From an uncultured bacterium (GTDB lineage Bacteria > Patescibacteriota > Patescibacteriia > UBA1558 > GWA2-36-10), in contig CAINYB010000007.1 of the NCBI GenBank assembly GCA_903855135.1, positions 8,402 to 72,401 of the forward strand: 64,000 nucleotides of DNA. Direction: 5' to 3'. The notes below the pieces were generated by a model that was given only the letters and a program-made list of their open reading frames with translations, did no database searches and had not been told where the DNA came from. Shown here piece by piece: positions 28,953 through 39,311 of the stretch. Each line of letters opens with the position of its first letter. The stretch's first letter is position 1. The position numbers and the translations under genes were made by a program.

Positions 28953-29839
28953 AAATTTACCCTATCTTCTATGGTTTTATTATCTTGATTTTTATTTTTT
29001 ATATTATTTTTGTCTTTTATATTAAGCTGTGGCGTGACCACTACTTTGGTAATGCGTGGTAAATCATAAAGCCATACTACTTCTAAATCTTTAGTTTCTA
29101 AAGATTTAAAATCTTCAACTAATAATTCACTGACCCCCACTAGACGATCTTGATTATATACTGCTATTTGCCAAGGCACCTCCCAAAAATCAAATAAAGA
29201 GTTATTAGTCGCTTGCCAAACAACGCGGGCTGGTAAATCAATTTTTTTATCATCAACTACTTGAGTATTTGGTCCCAAATATTGTGCATCCGTTGAACTA
29301 AAAACATTAAAATCTGTCTCAGCTACTCTTTGCCAGGTGGTATCTAAAATCTCTATTTGCACCGACTGAATACTAGTTTTAGCCTGATAAGCTAGCTGCA
29401 GTAAAAATTTTTGATTTGCGGGCAAAACAAAAGTTTCTTTATTGGCTTGCGCTTGACCATTAACTACAAAGCGATAAGTTAATTTAGTGACTAACCAATC
29501 AGTATTGGAATTTTCCACCGCCGCCACTAAATTATACAAGGACCCATTGGTGGCCAATGCTTGGGCACTGCTAATTTTTAAAGCTTTAGCTACGCGAGTT
29601 TGATGATATTGCGCCCAATTAAACTGTTGACTATTTAATTGCTGAGCATAAGTCTCCCAAGGGCCACCCTGAAAATATCTCACATAAGCAAAAGTCAACC
29701 AAGTATATAGACTTAATAAACTTAAAATTAAAAAAACCAAAAAGATTTTATTAATCAATTCTTTATGCTGCAACCACCAATAGCCCCGCTCTAAATCTTG
29801 GTTGCTTAAATCGGTAAAATTTTCTTCACTTTTAGCCAT
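28949..29839 (-). CDS. Hypothetical single-pass membrane protein
   Basis: 296 aa; one TM near the N-terminus; 4-nt overlap with the SEDS gene. Confidence 0.3.
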   Translation of the reverse strand: MAKSEENFTDLSNQDLERGYWWLQHKELINKIFLVFLILSLLSLYTWLTFAYVRYFQGGPWETYAQQLNSQQFNWAQYHQTRVAKALKISSAQALATNGSLYNLVAAVENSNTDWLVTKLTYRFVVNGQAQANKETFVLPANQKFLLQLAYQAKTSIQSVQIEILDTTWQRVAETDFNVFSSTDAQYLGPNTQVVDDKKIDLPARVVWQATNNSLFDFWEVPWQIAVYNQDRLVGVSELLVEDFKSLETKDLEVVWLYDLPRITKVVVTPQLNIKDKNNIKNKNQDNKTIEDRVNL

Positions 29840-29877
29840 AGTATTTATTAGCTTTATTATAGCTTAAATTTCTTGAT

Positions 29878-29906
29878 TTGACAAAAAGCTACTTTTATGC
29901 TAATAT
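29878..29906 (+). promoter_or_regulatory. sigma70-type promoter (TTGACA-17-TAATAT with TGn extended -10)
   Basis: TTGACA 29878-29883; atGcTAATAT. Confidence 0.45.
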
Positions 29907-29950
29907 ATCAATGAATTTAAGGTACGTTTAACTAAATAAGGAGGAAGCTA

Positions 29951-30124
29951 ATGACAAAATCATTAAGCAACAATCGCAACGATCAAAGGAGAACTGATGA
30001 GCAGACATTGAAAGACTTGGTGCTTTTATATAAACAAAGCACTGACCCGACCTCGCGTTTACAATACGCAACCATCATTAAGCGCTATCGCACAGTGTTA
30101 GCCAGCTACTCTCACGGCAATTAA
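29951..30124 (+). CDS. Small ORF (57 aa) with strong SD, elevated GC and own terminator
   Basis: AAGGAGG 7 nt upstream of the ATG; peptide MTKSLSNNRNDQRRTDEQTLKDLVLLYKQSTDPTSRLQYATIIKRYRTVLASYSHGN; terminator hairpin plus T-run at 30160-30195. Confidence 0.4.
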   Translation: MTKSLSNNRNDQRRTDEQTLKDLVLLYKQSTDPTSRLQYATIIKRYRTVLASYSHGN

Positions 30125-30314
30125 TAGCCGAACGTTTCGATCATGGGGATTCGTACTTGTACGGTCCCTTTTTCTTTTGTAAAAAATCTGACTGTGCTAT
30201 AATACAAGCATCAATATTTAGAATCTCATATGCGAAGTTTAATCCCCGCGTACGCGGGGATTCTAACGGATAAGTATATTGAGTTCAAAAAAATAAATTA
30301 AAATAAAAAATAAA

Positions 30315-30620
30315 ATGTTAGAAACATCAAAAGACGTCTTAAACATTTTGCTAGGGGTATCCTTTTTTTTAATCGCTGTTTGGCTATCCTGGGTTTTGTA
30401 CCAAGTTGGCAAAACTTTGCAAAATATCAATAAAGCTATGTCTATGGTACATCAAGCAGCTGAATCTATGCACCAATTAATAGACAGATTAAAAGAAAAA
30501 GCTTCCAACATTGGCACTTACTTAGCTTTAATGGCCAAAGGTGGCGAACAAATTTTTGACTTTATCAAAGAGCGTCAAGCTAAAAAAAGCTCCAGTCGTA
30601 GTAGCAAAAAAGATTTATAA
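30315..30620 (+). CDS. Small membrane hypothetical protein
   Basis: 101 aa; one TM then a coiled-coil/basic tail. Confidence 0.3.
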   Translation: MLETSKDVLNILLGVSFFLIAVWLSWVLYQVGKTLQNINKAMSMVHQAAESMHQLIDRLKEKASNIGTYLALMAKGGEQIFDFIKERQAKKSSSRSSKKDL

Positions 30621-30690
30621 AAATAAAAATAAAAAAGCCCACAAATAAACAGGAAAATTCTTTTGCCGGGCTTTTTGTTTTCTTCAGCTT

Positions 30691-33600
30691 ATGTTTATTC
30701 ACCTTCACACTCACTCTCATTATAGTTTATTAGATGGACTGGCGACTATTGATCATCTAGTAAATGGTGCTGTAGCCAATGGTGCTACAGCTTTAGCTTT
30801 GACTGATCATGGTGTGATGTCTGGTGCGATTGAGTTTTACCAAAAATGCCACAAAGCTGGCATCAAGCCAATCATTGGCGTCGAAGCCTATATCGCTACT
30901 GCTAAGCTCACTGAAAAAAACAACAAAGAAAAGCCTTATCATCTGATACTACTAGCCGAAACTGAAGCTGGCTATAAAAATTTACTTAAACTAACATCTA
31001 TTGCTAACTTGCAAGGCTTTTATTATAAGCCACGCATTGATTGGGAAACCTTGAAACAACACAGCGAAGGCTTGATAGCGCTCACCGCTTGTTTAAACGG
31101 CCCTTTGGCCCGTCACCTCAAAGCTAAACAAAATAAACAAGCCGAAACAAATCTCCAGATTTTATTAGATATCTTTGGACCAAATAATTTATTTTTAGAA
31201 TTACAAGCTAGAAATTATCCTGAACAAGCGATTGTCAATCTTGGCTTAAAAAAATTAGCACAAGAGTATAATTTGCCTCTAGTGATTACTAATGACATTC
31301 ACTATGTCAAAGCTGAAGATGATCAAGCGCAAGACATTTTGCTTTGTATCCAAACTAAGCACAAACAAGCCGATCGTGATCGCATGACTTATCTAGGAGA
31401 AAATTTTTCCATGCTGACCGAAGCTGAAGTTTTGCGTTTATTTCCTGACGGTCAAGAAGCCATTGATAATACTGCTAAAATTGCTGAGCGTTGTACTGTA
31501 AAAATAGAATTAGGCGTCATCCAATTACCTTATTATGAATTACCTGAAGGCGTCACCACTGATGATGAATTAAAAAGACTATGTTTACTGGGTGTCAAAA
31601 CTCGTTTTGGCTATGACCCAGATGTTATCCCCGAAGAAATTAAAACTCGCTTGGATTATGAATTAGACATTATTATCAAAACTGGTTATGCTGCTTATTT
31701 TTTGATTGTGCAGGATTTTGTCAATTGGTCAAAAAATAACAAAATCGTGGTTGGCCCTGGCCGTGGCTCAGCAGCAGGCTCTTTAGTTGCTTATCTGACA
31801 GGCATTACTAATATCGATCCACTCAAATACGATTTATTGTTTGAACGTTTCTTAAATCCCGAACGTGTCTCCATGCCTGATATCGATCTTGACTTTGCTG
31901 ATACTCGACGCGAAGAAGTCATTCGTTATGTCGAAAATAAATACGGTAAAGATCATGTGGCCCAGATCATAACCTTTGGTACTATGGCTGCTCGTGCCGC
32001 TGTCCGCGATGTGGGCCGAGTTTTGGGCTATAGCTATGGCTATTGTGATCAAGTAGCCAAAATGATTCCGATGTTCACTTCTTTAAAAGAAGCACTAGAA
32101 ACTGTCGACGAATTAAAAAAACTTTATCAAGAAGATCCAGAAGCACAAAGGCTTATGGATATGGCCGCCAAAGTCGAAGGCTTGGCTCGTCACAGCTCGG
32201 TGCATGCTTGTGGTGTCTTAATCACCAAAAATGCTTTACCAGAATATACACCTTTACAATACGCCGCTGGCGATGATCAAACTATCATCTCCCAATATTC
32301 TTTACATCCCGTAGAAGATCTTGGCCTATTAAAAATGGACTTTTTGGGCTTAAAAAACTTGACGGTCATTGAGCAAAGTCTAAAAATTATTTTAAAAACT
32401 AAAAATATTAAACTTGATCTAGATACTATTCCTCTGGATGACCCAAAAACTTTTAAGCTCTTACAAGCTGGTGACACCACTGGTGTTTTTCAGCTTGAAT
32501 CTGGTGGCATGAAACGCTACTTAAAAAATCTTAAGCCAACTGTTTTGGAAGATATCATCGCTATGGTTGCTTTGTATCGCCCTGGTCCGATGGAATTCAT
32601 ACCTGATTTTATCGCTGGTAAAAATGGTGAAAAAACCGTGGAGTATCTACATCCCAGCCTAGAACCAATTTTAAGAAACACTTACGGTATCGCCATTTAT
32701 CAGGAGCAAATCATGAATATCGCGAGAGACCTTGCTGGTTTTACTTATGGCCAAGCTGATGTTTTGCGTAAAGCGGTCGGTAAAAAAATCAAAGAACTTT
32801 TGGATCAGCAAGAAGAAGCTATGGTCAAAGGTATGATTAAAAATGGTATTGAAAAAAATACTGCCCAAAAAATCTGGGAATTTATCATTCCTTTTGCGCG
32901 TTATGGTTTTAACCGCGCACACGCGGCCTGCTACGCCCTGATCGCTTACCAAACGGCTTATTTAAAAGCTAATTATCCAGCGGCTTTTATGGCCGCCTTA
33001 CTCACCTCTGATCAAAATAATATTGATCGCGTAACTATTGAAATCAACGAATGTCGAAAAATGGGATTAGTGGTGGCTCAACCAGACATCAATGAAAGCT
33101 TTCCAACTTTTGGTGTGATCAATGACGGTCAAGATAATAAAATTCGTTTTGGTCTCAATGCGATCAAAAATGTCGGCCACCATATCGCCGAAAATATTTG
33201 GGAAGAAAGAAAAGCTCATGGTAATTTTAAATCTTTAGAAGACTTTTTAAATCGCATCAAAGACAAAGATTTAAATCGCAAATCTTTAGAGAGCATGATA
33301 AAAGCTGGTGCTTTAGATTGCTTTTTGACGCGCGGCAAAGCTTTGGGCAATCTAGAAACTTTATTAGAGTACAATAAAAAATTACAAAACGAAGCAAAAT
33401 CTGGACAAAATAATTTATTTTTTGGTTTGCCATTGAGCTCACCTGTTTTTTCTTTAAAACTAGAAGAATATTCTGATGTAGCGATTGAAAAAAAATTATC
33501 TTGGGAAAAAGAATTATTAGGTCTGTATTTAAGTAATCATCCTTTCAAAGAATACTTAGCTTTACTCAAAGATCAAGTGACACCTTTGAAAAAAATCAAA

Positions 33601-34119
33601 AGTCATACTGGTGAAACTATCCAAGTAGCTGGCATCATCACTAATATCCAAAAAATTACCACCCAAGGTGGCAAGGCGATGCTTTTTGTCACCTTAGAAG
33701 ACTCTAGTGATAGCACAGAGCTACTAGTTTTCCCAAAAACATTGAGTGTAAATCCAGCCTTGTGGCAAGATGAACACATGTTAATCGTCAGTGGTAAAGT
33801 ATCAGACAAAGATGGCCAAGCAAAAATTTTAGTAGAAAGTGGCAGAATATTAGAAAAAGAAAAATTAGAAAATTTAAAAGCTAAAAATTTTGCCCAAAAT
33901 AAAGTTTGGCTCGATTTGCCGATTGGCTTTGATAAGGACAAAATGCAAAACCTAAAAGATATTTTACAAAAATATCCTGGCCAAACTCCAGTGTATTTGA
34001 TCATCAACAATGGCCATAGTCGCAAGCTAAAAACCGATATCAAAATCTTACCTGCCACTGACGTACGCACCGAAATCGAAAACTTTTTAGGCCCAAATAC
34101 TTGGACATTAGAAATTTAA
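30691..34119 (+). CDS. dnaE: DNA polymerase III alpha subunit
   Basis: PHP domain HLHTHSHYSLLDG; polymerase core; OB fold; 1142 aa. Confidence 0.95.
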   Translation: MFIHLHTHSHYSLLDGLATIDHLVNGAVANGATALALTDHGVMSGAIEFYQKCHKAGIKPIIGVEAYIATAKLTEKNNKEKPYHLILLAETEAGYKNLLKLTSIANLQGFYYKPRIDWETLKQHSEGLIALTACLNGPLARHLKAKQNKQAETNLQILLDIFGPNNLFLELQARNYPEQAIVNLGLKKLAQEYNLPLVITNDIHYVKAEDDQAQDILLCIQTKHKQADRDRMTYLGENFSMLTEAEVLRLFPDGQEAIDNTAKIAERCTVKIELGVIQLPYYELPEGVTTDDELKRLCLLGVKTRFGYDPDVIPEEIKTRLDYELDIIIKTGYAAYFLIVQDFVNWSKNNKIVVGPGRGSAAGSLVAYLTGITNIDPLKYDLLFERFLNPERVSMPDIDLDFADTRREEVIRYVENKYGKDHVAQIITFGTMAARAAVRDVGRVLGYSYGYCDQVAKMIPMFTSLKEALETVDELKKLYQEDPEAQRLMDMAAKVEGLARHSSVHACGVLITKNALPEYTPLQYAAGDDQTIISQYSLHPVEDLGLLKMDFLGLKNLTVIEQSLKIILKTKNIKLDLDTIPLDDPKTFKLLQAGDTTGVFQLESGGMKRYLKNLKPTVLEDIIAMVALYRPGPMEFIPDFIAGKNGEKTVEYLHPSLEPILRNTYGIAIYQEQIMNIARDLAGFTYGQADVLRKAVGKKIKELLDQQEEAMVKGMIKNGIEKNTAQKIWEFIIPFARYGFNRAHAACYALIAYQTAYLKANYPAAFMAALLTSDQNNIDRVTIEINECRKMGLVVAQPDINESFPTFGVINDGQDNKIRFGLNAIKNVGHHIAENIWEERKAHGNFKSLEDFLNRIKDKDLNRKSLESMIKAGALDCFLTRGKALGNLETLLEYNKKLQNEAKSGQNNLFFGLPLSSPVFSLKLEEYSDVAIEKKLSWEKELLGLYLSNHPFKEYLALLKDQVTPLKKIKSHTGETIQVAGIITNIQKITTQGGKAMLFVTLEDSSDSTELLVFPKTLSVNPALWQDEHMLIVSGKVSDKDGQAKILVESGRILEKEKLENLKAKNFAQNKVWLDLPIGFDKDKMQNLKDILQKYPGQTPVYLIINNGHSRKLKTDIKILPATDVRTEIENFLGPNTWTLEI

Positions 34120-34149
34120 TCCGCTATAATAAAGCTATAAAAATATAAT

Positions 34150-35265
34150 ATGAGTAATTATCAAACTAGAAATCGATTTTTTAGTAAAATGGTTGGTTTT
34201 TTTCTTACTTTGACTATTTTGGCTATTTTTGTGATTTTTCATTTTGCGGCTACTAAAGCCACGATCAAAATCTACGGTCAAATCCAAGAACAAGACTACA
34301 AAACTTTGATCGAAATGCTACCAGAAAATAGCCAGGCTCTCGCTGCTAACCAAATCTTTGGTAAAATTTTGACTCAAGAGATAGAAAGTGAGATTAGTGT
34401 GGACAGCGACATGACTACTTCCACCACTGCTAAAGCTGGCGGTTTTGTAAAATTAATCAATCAAAGTACTAAAGACCAGACTTTAATCGCTACTACTCGC
34501 CTCTTAAGCTCAGACAATAAACTTTATCGTCTGACCGAAAAAGTAATCGTCCCTAAAAATAGCGAAATCAAAGCCTGGGCCGAAGCCGATCAAGAAGGAG
34601 AAAGTTTTGTGGCACCAGCAGGTAAAATGATGATTCCCGGACTATTTCTTGGCTTACAAGAAAAAATCTATGGTCAAAGCGAGGGCTTTAGCTTAAACGG
34701 CACACCCGTCTACCAAGTGACGGAAAATAGTTTAAAAAATGCTCAAGACAAATTACAGACTGACATAAAAAATAAATTTTTAGAAGATATAAATAAAACT
34801 TTAGCTGATAATTTAAAAATCAGTGCTGATCATATTTTGGCTAAGTTTGAAACTGTGACTAGCTCGGCTCTAGGTGATAAAAGTCCCCAAACAACTATCA
34901 AACAAAAAGCTAATTTGACAGCTCTGATCTTTTCCCCTGAAGACTTAAAAAAAGCTAGTCATGCTAAATACCAAGCCGAACTATCTAGCAATAGTAAATT
35001 ATTAGAAATCTTGCGAGACTTTAGCTATAAAGTGACCGAAGTTGACCTAAATACTAATCAAGCCATTATCGAGACCGCTTTCAAAGCTAAGGTCAGTGTC
35101 AAACAAGATATTTTAGAAATCAATAAAGATAAATTAATTGGCTTAACCGAAAAAGAAGTCAACGATTATTTAAGCCAATTTCAAGTAGAAAAAACTGAAG
35201 TAAAATTCTTTCCTTTCTGGGTCAATAAAGTACCAAAATTTAAAGATCATATAATCATTGAATAA
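34150..35265 (+). CDS. Membrane-anchored hypothetical protein
   Basis: N-terminal TM (FFLTLTILAIFVIF); terminator hairpin at 35282-35300. Confidence 0.3.
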   Translation: MSNYQTRNRFFSKMVGFFLTLTILAIFVIFHFAATKATIKIYGQIQEQDYKTLIEMLPENSQALAANQIFGKILTQEIESEISVDSDMTTSTTAKAGGFVKLINQSTKDQTLIATTRLLSSDNKLYRLTEKVIVPKNSEIKAWAEADQEGESFVAPAGKMMIPGLFLGLQEKIYGQSEGFSLNGTPVYQVTENSLKNAQDKLQTDIKNKFLEDINKTLADNLKISADHILAKFETVTSSALGDKSPQTTIKQKANLTALIFSPEDLKKASHAKYQAELSSNSKLLEILRDFSYKVTEVDLNTNQAIIETAFKAKVSVKQDILEINKDKLIGLTEKEVNDYLSQFQVEKTEVKFFPFWVNKVPKFKDHIIIE

Positions 35266-35370
35266 CACCCCTCCCGTCCTCCCCTTACGAAGGGGGAGAT
35301 TTTCAACCTGCGAGGTCAGCTTAACTCTTTGCCTAACATTAGCTAAAAACTAAATAAGCTACCTACATTA

Positions 35371-35393
35371 ACCTCGCAGGTGACCTGCGAGGT
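35371..35393. promoter_or_regulatory. Perfect 23-bp palindrome (candidate operator) abutting a -35 element
   Basis: acctcgcaggt-g-acctgcgaggt; a third half-site is at 35306-35316; TTGACA at 35397-35402. Confidence 0.45.
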
Positions 35394-35459
35394 GATTTGA
35401 CAAAAAGCTTAATATATGATATTTTGATATAAATTCGCACAAGCCAAGGAGGACACATC

Positions 35460-35594
35460 ATGGCACGCAAAGTCGAGATCACACCCGAACTCCGCCGCCT
35501 GATTGAACTGGCTGCTAAAGAAGCTGCTAGCAACAAGGTTGTGCAGGAACTACGCAAACGCAACTCCACACCAAAATCGACCTCAACAAATTAG
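35460..35594 (+). CDS. Small ORF (44 aa), high GC, strong SD; possible small DNA-binding (RHH-like N-terminus) protein
   Basis: AAGGAGG 7 nt upstream; MARKVEITPELRRLIELAAKEAASNKVVQELRKRNSTPKSTSTN; terminator hairpin gctcccc...ggggagc plus T-run at 35621-35660. Confidence 0.4.
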   Translation: MARKVEITPELRRLIELAAKEAASNKVVQELRKRNSTPKSTSTN

Positions 35595-35679
35595 TTCTGA
35601 CGTGATTTGAAACTAACTCCACACTTCCAACCGCTCCCCACCTCAAAACCGGGGAGCTTTTCTTTTACCTTGAGCGAAG

Positions 35680-35708
35680 TCGAAAGGTTTTGACTATTTT
35701 TTCGCTTT
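35680..35708 (+). promoter_or_regulatory. sigma70-type promoter (TTGACT-17-TATACT) driving a ~180-nt leader/sRNA upstream of thrS
   Basis: TTGACT 35680-35685; TATACT 35703-35708. Confidence 0.45.
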
Positions 35709-35714
35709 TAGCTA

Positions 35715-35892
35715 TACTACATGAGCTGTATAAATGATTGGAATAGCTACCAACTATTCTACCATCGGTATCCCGAGCCCCGAGCGTAGTCGAGGGGTCG
35801 AGGGACTAAATTCAACAGCCAATAAAATAAATTAAGTATAATATTGGGTGGAACCATCCTACGAAACCTAGGGTCCCAAGGCATAGTCTGTC
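35715..35892 (+). ncRNA. Candidate thrS leader RNA (T-box-like?) or sRNA ending in an intrinsic terminator
   Basis: GGGTGGAACC (35836-35845) resembles the T-box core AGGGUGGNACC; terminator cccaag/cttggg plus TTTTT at 35865-35892; a CUACCAA loop with a Thr ACC codon at about 35750; thrS ATG lies 120 nt downstream. Confidence 0.3.
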
Positions 35893-36013
35893 TTGGGTTT
35901 TTGAATGCCAAAAATTTAAAGACAAAGCGTAGCTTTGTCTAAATTAAAATAAATTCATCCCGCGATTAGCGGGGTTTAACTAAAATTTGTAACAAACAAT
36001 TAAATTAAAAAAT

Positions 36014-37765
36014 ATGGAAGAACCAAAAATATTTAAAATCCGCCACTCACTCGCGCATATTTTAGCGATGGCAGTATTAGAAAAATTCCCTGACGCAAAA
36101 CTTGGCGTTGGTCCTGTCATTGATAATGGTTTTTATTATGACTTTTTATTGACCAAAAAATTATCCGATGAAGATTTACCAGATTTAGAAGCGCGCATGA
36201 AAAAAATCGTGCAAGAAAAAATCGCTTTCACCAAAACAATTGTGGAAAGAGCTGACGCTTTAAATGAAGTAGAAAAAAATAAGCAAATTTTTAAAACTGA
36301 ATTAATCAATGATTTACCGGGGACAGAAGAATTAAGTTTTTATCAATCTGGAAATTTTAAAGATCTCTGTCGTGGACCACATGTAGAAAATACTACTGAG
36401 ATTGACCCAGAAGCTTTTTGTTTGACCAATACAGCTGGTGCTTATTGGCGTGGAGATGAAAAAAGAGAAATGCTAGTACGTATTTATGGCTTGGCTTTTG
36501 AAACTAAAAAAGAACTTGCTGATTACCAAACTATGCTTGAGGAAGCTAAAAAAAGAGATCACAGAGTTTTAGGTAAACAATTAGACTTATTTACTTTTTC
36601 TGAATTAGTTGGCCCAGGGCTTCCACTCTGGACACCAAAAGGCACAATGTTACGTCAAGAGCTTGATGCTTTTATCTGGCAACTACGTTCTCAATATGAT
36701 TATCAAAAAGTGACTATCCCCCACATCACTAAAAAAAGCCTTTATGATGTCAGCGGCCATTCACAAAAATTTGCTGATGGTTTATTTACCATCACCACTC
36801 GCGAAGGTCATGAATTTGCTATGAAACCAATGAATTGTCCACATCATACACAAATTTATAATCATTTACCACGTAGCTATCGTGATTTACCTCAGCGCTA
36901 TGCGGAAACTACGATGGTGTATCGTGACGAACAAAGTGGCGAGTTGTCCGGCTTAACCAGAGTCTTGTCTATCACTCAAGATGATGCTCATGTTTTCTGT
37001 CGAGAAAATCAAGTCAAAGATGAAGTTTTAAAAATTGTGAATATTGTCAAAACCTTTTATAAAGCTTTTGGTTTTGAACTAAAAATTCGCCTCTCTTTAC
37101 ATGACCCAGAGCATCTAGAAAAATATCTAGGCGATGCTACTTTATGGGAAAAGACAGAAAACGATCTAAAAGACTTACTAAAACAAGCTGACTTAAAATT
37201 TACCGAAGGCATTGGTGAAGCGGCTTTATATGGACCAAAGATAGATTTTATGGCTCAAGACTCTTTGGGTCGCAAATGGCAAGTCGCTACTATCCAGCTA
37301 GATCGTAATTTACCAGAACGTTTTGATTTATATTGTATCAATGAAAAAAGTGAACAAGAACGCATCGTCATGATTCACGCTGCGATTGCTGGATCTTTAG
37401 AAAGATTTTCTGCAGTTTTGATCGAACATTTGGCTGGAGATTTCCCACTTTGGTTGTCCCCTGTGCAAATCAAAATCTTAACAGTCAGTGAAAATCATGT
37501 GGAATTTGCCAAAAAATTAGCAGCTGAATTTAAATTACAAAATTTAAGAGTAGAAATCGATGATTCTAACGAAACTTTGGGAAATAAAATTCGCAAAAAT
37601 TCTGCGGAAAAAATTCCTTACACTTTAGTCATTGGTGACAAAGAAATAGCTTCTAGTGATTTATCTATTCGTGTCCGCGGACAAAAAGATTTATTAAATA
37701 TTAGTAAAGAAGCATTTATCAAACTTGCCAAAACAAAAATAGAAAATCGGGAATTAGCTTTATAA
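36014..37765 (+). CDS. thrS: Threonyl-tRNA synthetase (short form lacking N-terminal TGS domain)
   Basis: Class II aaRS motifs; HRVLGKQLDLF; anticodon-binding C-terminus; 583 aa. Confidence 0.9.
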   Translation: MEEPKIFKIRHSLAHILAMAVLEKFPDAKLGVGPVIDNGFYYDFLLTKKLSDEDLPDLEARMKKIVQEKIAFTKTIVERADALNEVEKNKQIFKTELINDLPGTEELSFYQSGNFKDLCRGPHVENTTEIDPEAFCLTNTAGAYWRGDEKREMLVRIYGLAFETKKELADYQTMLEEAKKRDHRVLGKQLDLFTFSELVGPGLPLWTPKGTMLRQELDAFIWQLRSQYDYQKVTIPHITKKSLYDVSGHSQKFADGLFTITTREGHEFAMKPMNCPHHTQIYNHLPRSYRDLPQRYAETTMVYRDEQSGELSGLTRVLSITQDDAHVFCRENQVKDEVLKIVNIVKTFYKAFGFELKIRLSLHDPEHLEKYLGDATLWEKTENDLKDLLKQADLKFTEGIGEAALYGPKIDFMAQDSLGRKWQVATIQLDRNLPERFDLYCINEKSEQERIVMIHAAIAGSLERFSAVLIEHLAGDFPLWLSPVQIKILTVSENHVEFAKKLAAEFKLQNLRVEIDDSNETLGNKIRKNSAEKIPYTLVIGDKEIASSDLSIRVRGQKDLLNISKEAFIKLAKTKIENRELAL

Positions 37766-37783
37766 AAATTAATAATAAATCTC

Positions 37784-39205
37784 ATGCAAGAAATTAGAAC
37801 CGCCTTAACTTATGACGATGTACTTTTGGTGCCACAAAAGTCTGAATTAAAATCTCGCAAAGATACTGATGTTTCGACACAACTCACCAAAAATATCAAA
37901 ATAAATATTCCTCTCGTGCCAGCCAACATGGACACAGTCACCGAAAGCAAAATGGCGATTGCTATGGCTTATTTGGGTAGCGTCGGTATTATTCACCGTT
38001 TTTGTGATATTGATTATCAAGTCAAAGAAGTAAAAAAAGTAAAACGTAAACAAAACGTTATCATCGATAATCCTTTTACTATCAATCCTCAAGCAACTTT
38101 GAAAGAAGTGCGAGCAAAAATTTTAGAACACAACTGTCAAAGCTTTCTAGTGTCTGAAAATGGTCAAGATTTACTAGGCATTATCACTAGTCGAGATATG
38201 GATTTTGTGACTGATGAAAACACCAAAGTTCTAGACATGATGACGCCAAAAGAAAAACTAATCACTGCTCCAGTTGGTATTGATATCGAAAAAGCAAAAG
38301 AAATTTTGAGCCAAAATAAAATAGAAAAATTACCAGTTGTTGATAGTGCTTTCCGTATTCGTGGCTTAATTACTGCTACTGACATTATCCGTAATTATAA
38401 CAATGGCCATGCCAGCAAAGACGCTAAAGGCAGACTTTTGGTTGGCGCTGCTGTTGGCGCTGGTGATGACTTTATGGAACGCGTCAAAGCTCTAGTCGAA
38501 GCTGAAGTGGACATTTTAGTAGTAGATATTGCACATGGACACTCGGTTAATGCCATGGAAGCTATCAAAACAATTAAAACTCAATATCCTTCTATCGAAG
38601 TAATTGGTGGTAATGTCGCCACGGCTCAAGGAGCGAAAGATTTGATTTTAGCTGGAGCTGATGCTATCAAAGTAGGTATTGGACCAGGCTCTATCTGTAC
38701 TACTCGTATTACCACTGGCTTTGGCATACCACAATTAAGCGCTATTTTAAACTGCGCACCAGTTTGTCAGCAATATAATATTCCTCTGATCGCTGACGGT
38801 GGTGTCAAACAGCCAGGAGATTTAGTAAAAGCTTTGGCTGCTGGTGCTGACTCTGTTATGATGGGTGGCCAATTTTCAGGCACCGAAGAAACCCCGGGAG
38901 CTGTTTTATCTTATCGTGGACAACAATACAAAATCTCTCGCGGCATGGCTTCATTGACCGCTGCTTTATCTCGCCCAAATGCTAAAGAAAAAATAGAAGA
39001 TGTAACACCGGAAGGTGTCGAAGCACGTGTACCTTTTAAAGGACCCGCTAAAAATGTCGTTAATCTTTATGTCGGCGGCTTACGTTCTGGTTTAAGCTAT
39101 GCCAATGCTCACAACATCAAAGAGCTACAAGCACATGCCCAATTTATCCGCATCACCGCCGCTGGTATGACCGAATCTCACTCTCACGACAATCAAGTGC
39201 TTTAA
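37784..39205 (+). CDS. guaB: IMP dehydrogenase
   Basis: [11 protein letters not shown] catalytic Cys loop; CBS pair; TIM barrel. Confidence 0.9.
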   Translation: MQEIRTALTYDDVLLVPQKSELKSRKDTDVSTQLTKNIKINIPLVPANMDTVTESKMAIAMAYLGSVGIIHRFCDIDYQVKEVKKVKRKQNVIIDNPFTINPQATLKEVRAKILEHNCQSFLVSENGQDLLGIITSRDMDFVTDENTKVLDMMTPKEKLITAPVGIDIEKAKEILSQNKIEKLPVVDSAFRIRGLITATDIIRNYNNGHASKDAKGRLLVGAAVGAGDDFMERVKALVEAEVDILVVDIAHGHSVNAMEAIKTIKTQYPSIEVIGGNVATAQGAKDLILAGADAIKVGIGPGSICTTRITTGFGIPQLSAILNCAPVCQQYNIPLIADGGVKQPGDLVKALAAGADSVMMGGQFSGTEETPGAVLSYRGQQYKISRGMASLTAALSRPNAKEKIEDVTPEGVEARVPFKGPAKNVVNLYVGGLRSGLSYANAHNIKELQAHAQFIRITAAGMTESHSHDNQVL

Positions 39206-39311
39206 AACGCTAAATATGCTATAATAAAATATATATGGCTTTCCCCTATCAGGGAAATATCATAGGCGTTATAAATAGCGTAATATTTTATTATTAAAAA
39301 AAAGAAAATTT

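Noticed and set aside
35363-35569. Minus-strand 68-aa ORF opposite the 44-aa high-GC ORF
   Set aside because: It has no SD and would run antisense through the promoter and palindrome. The plus-strand ORF has a textbook SD and terminator.
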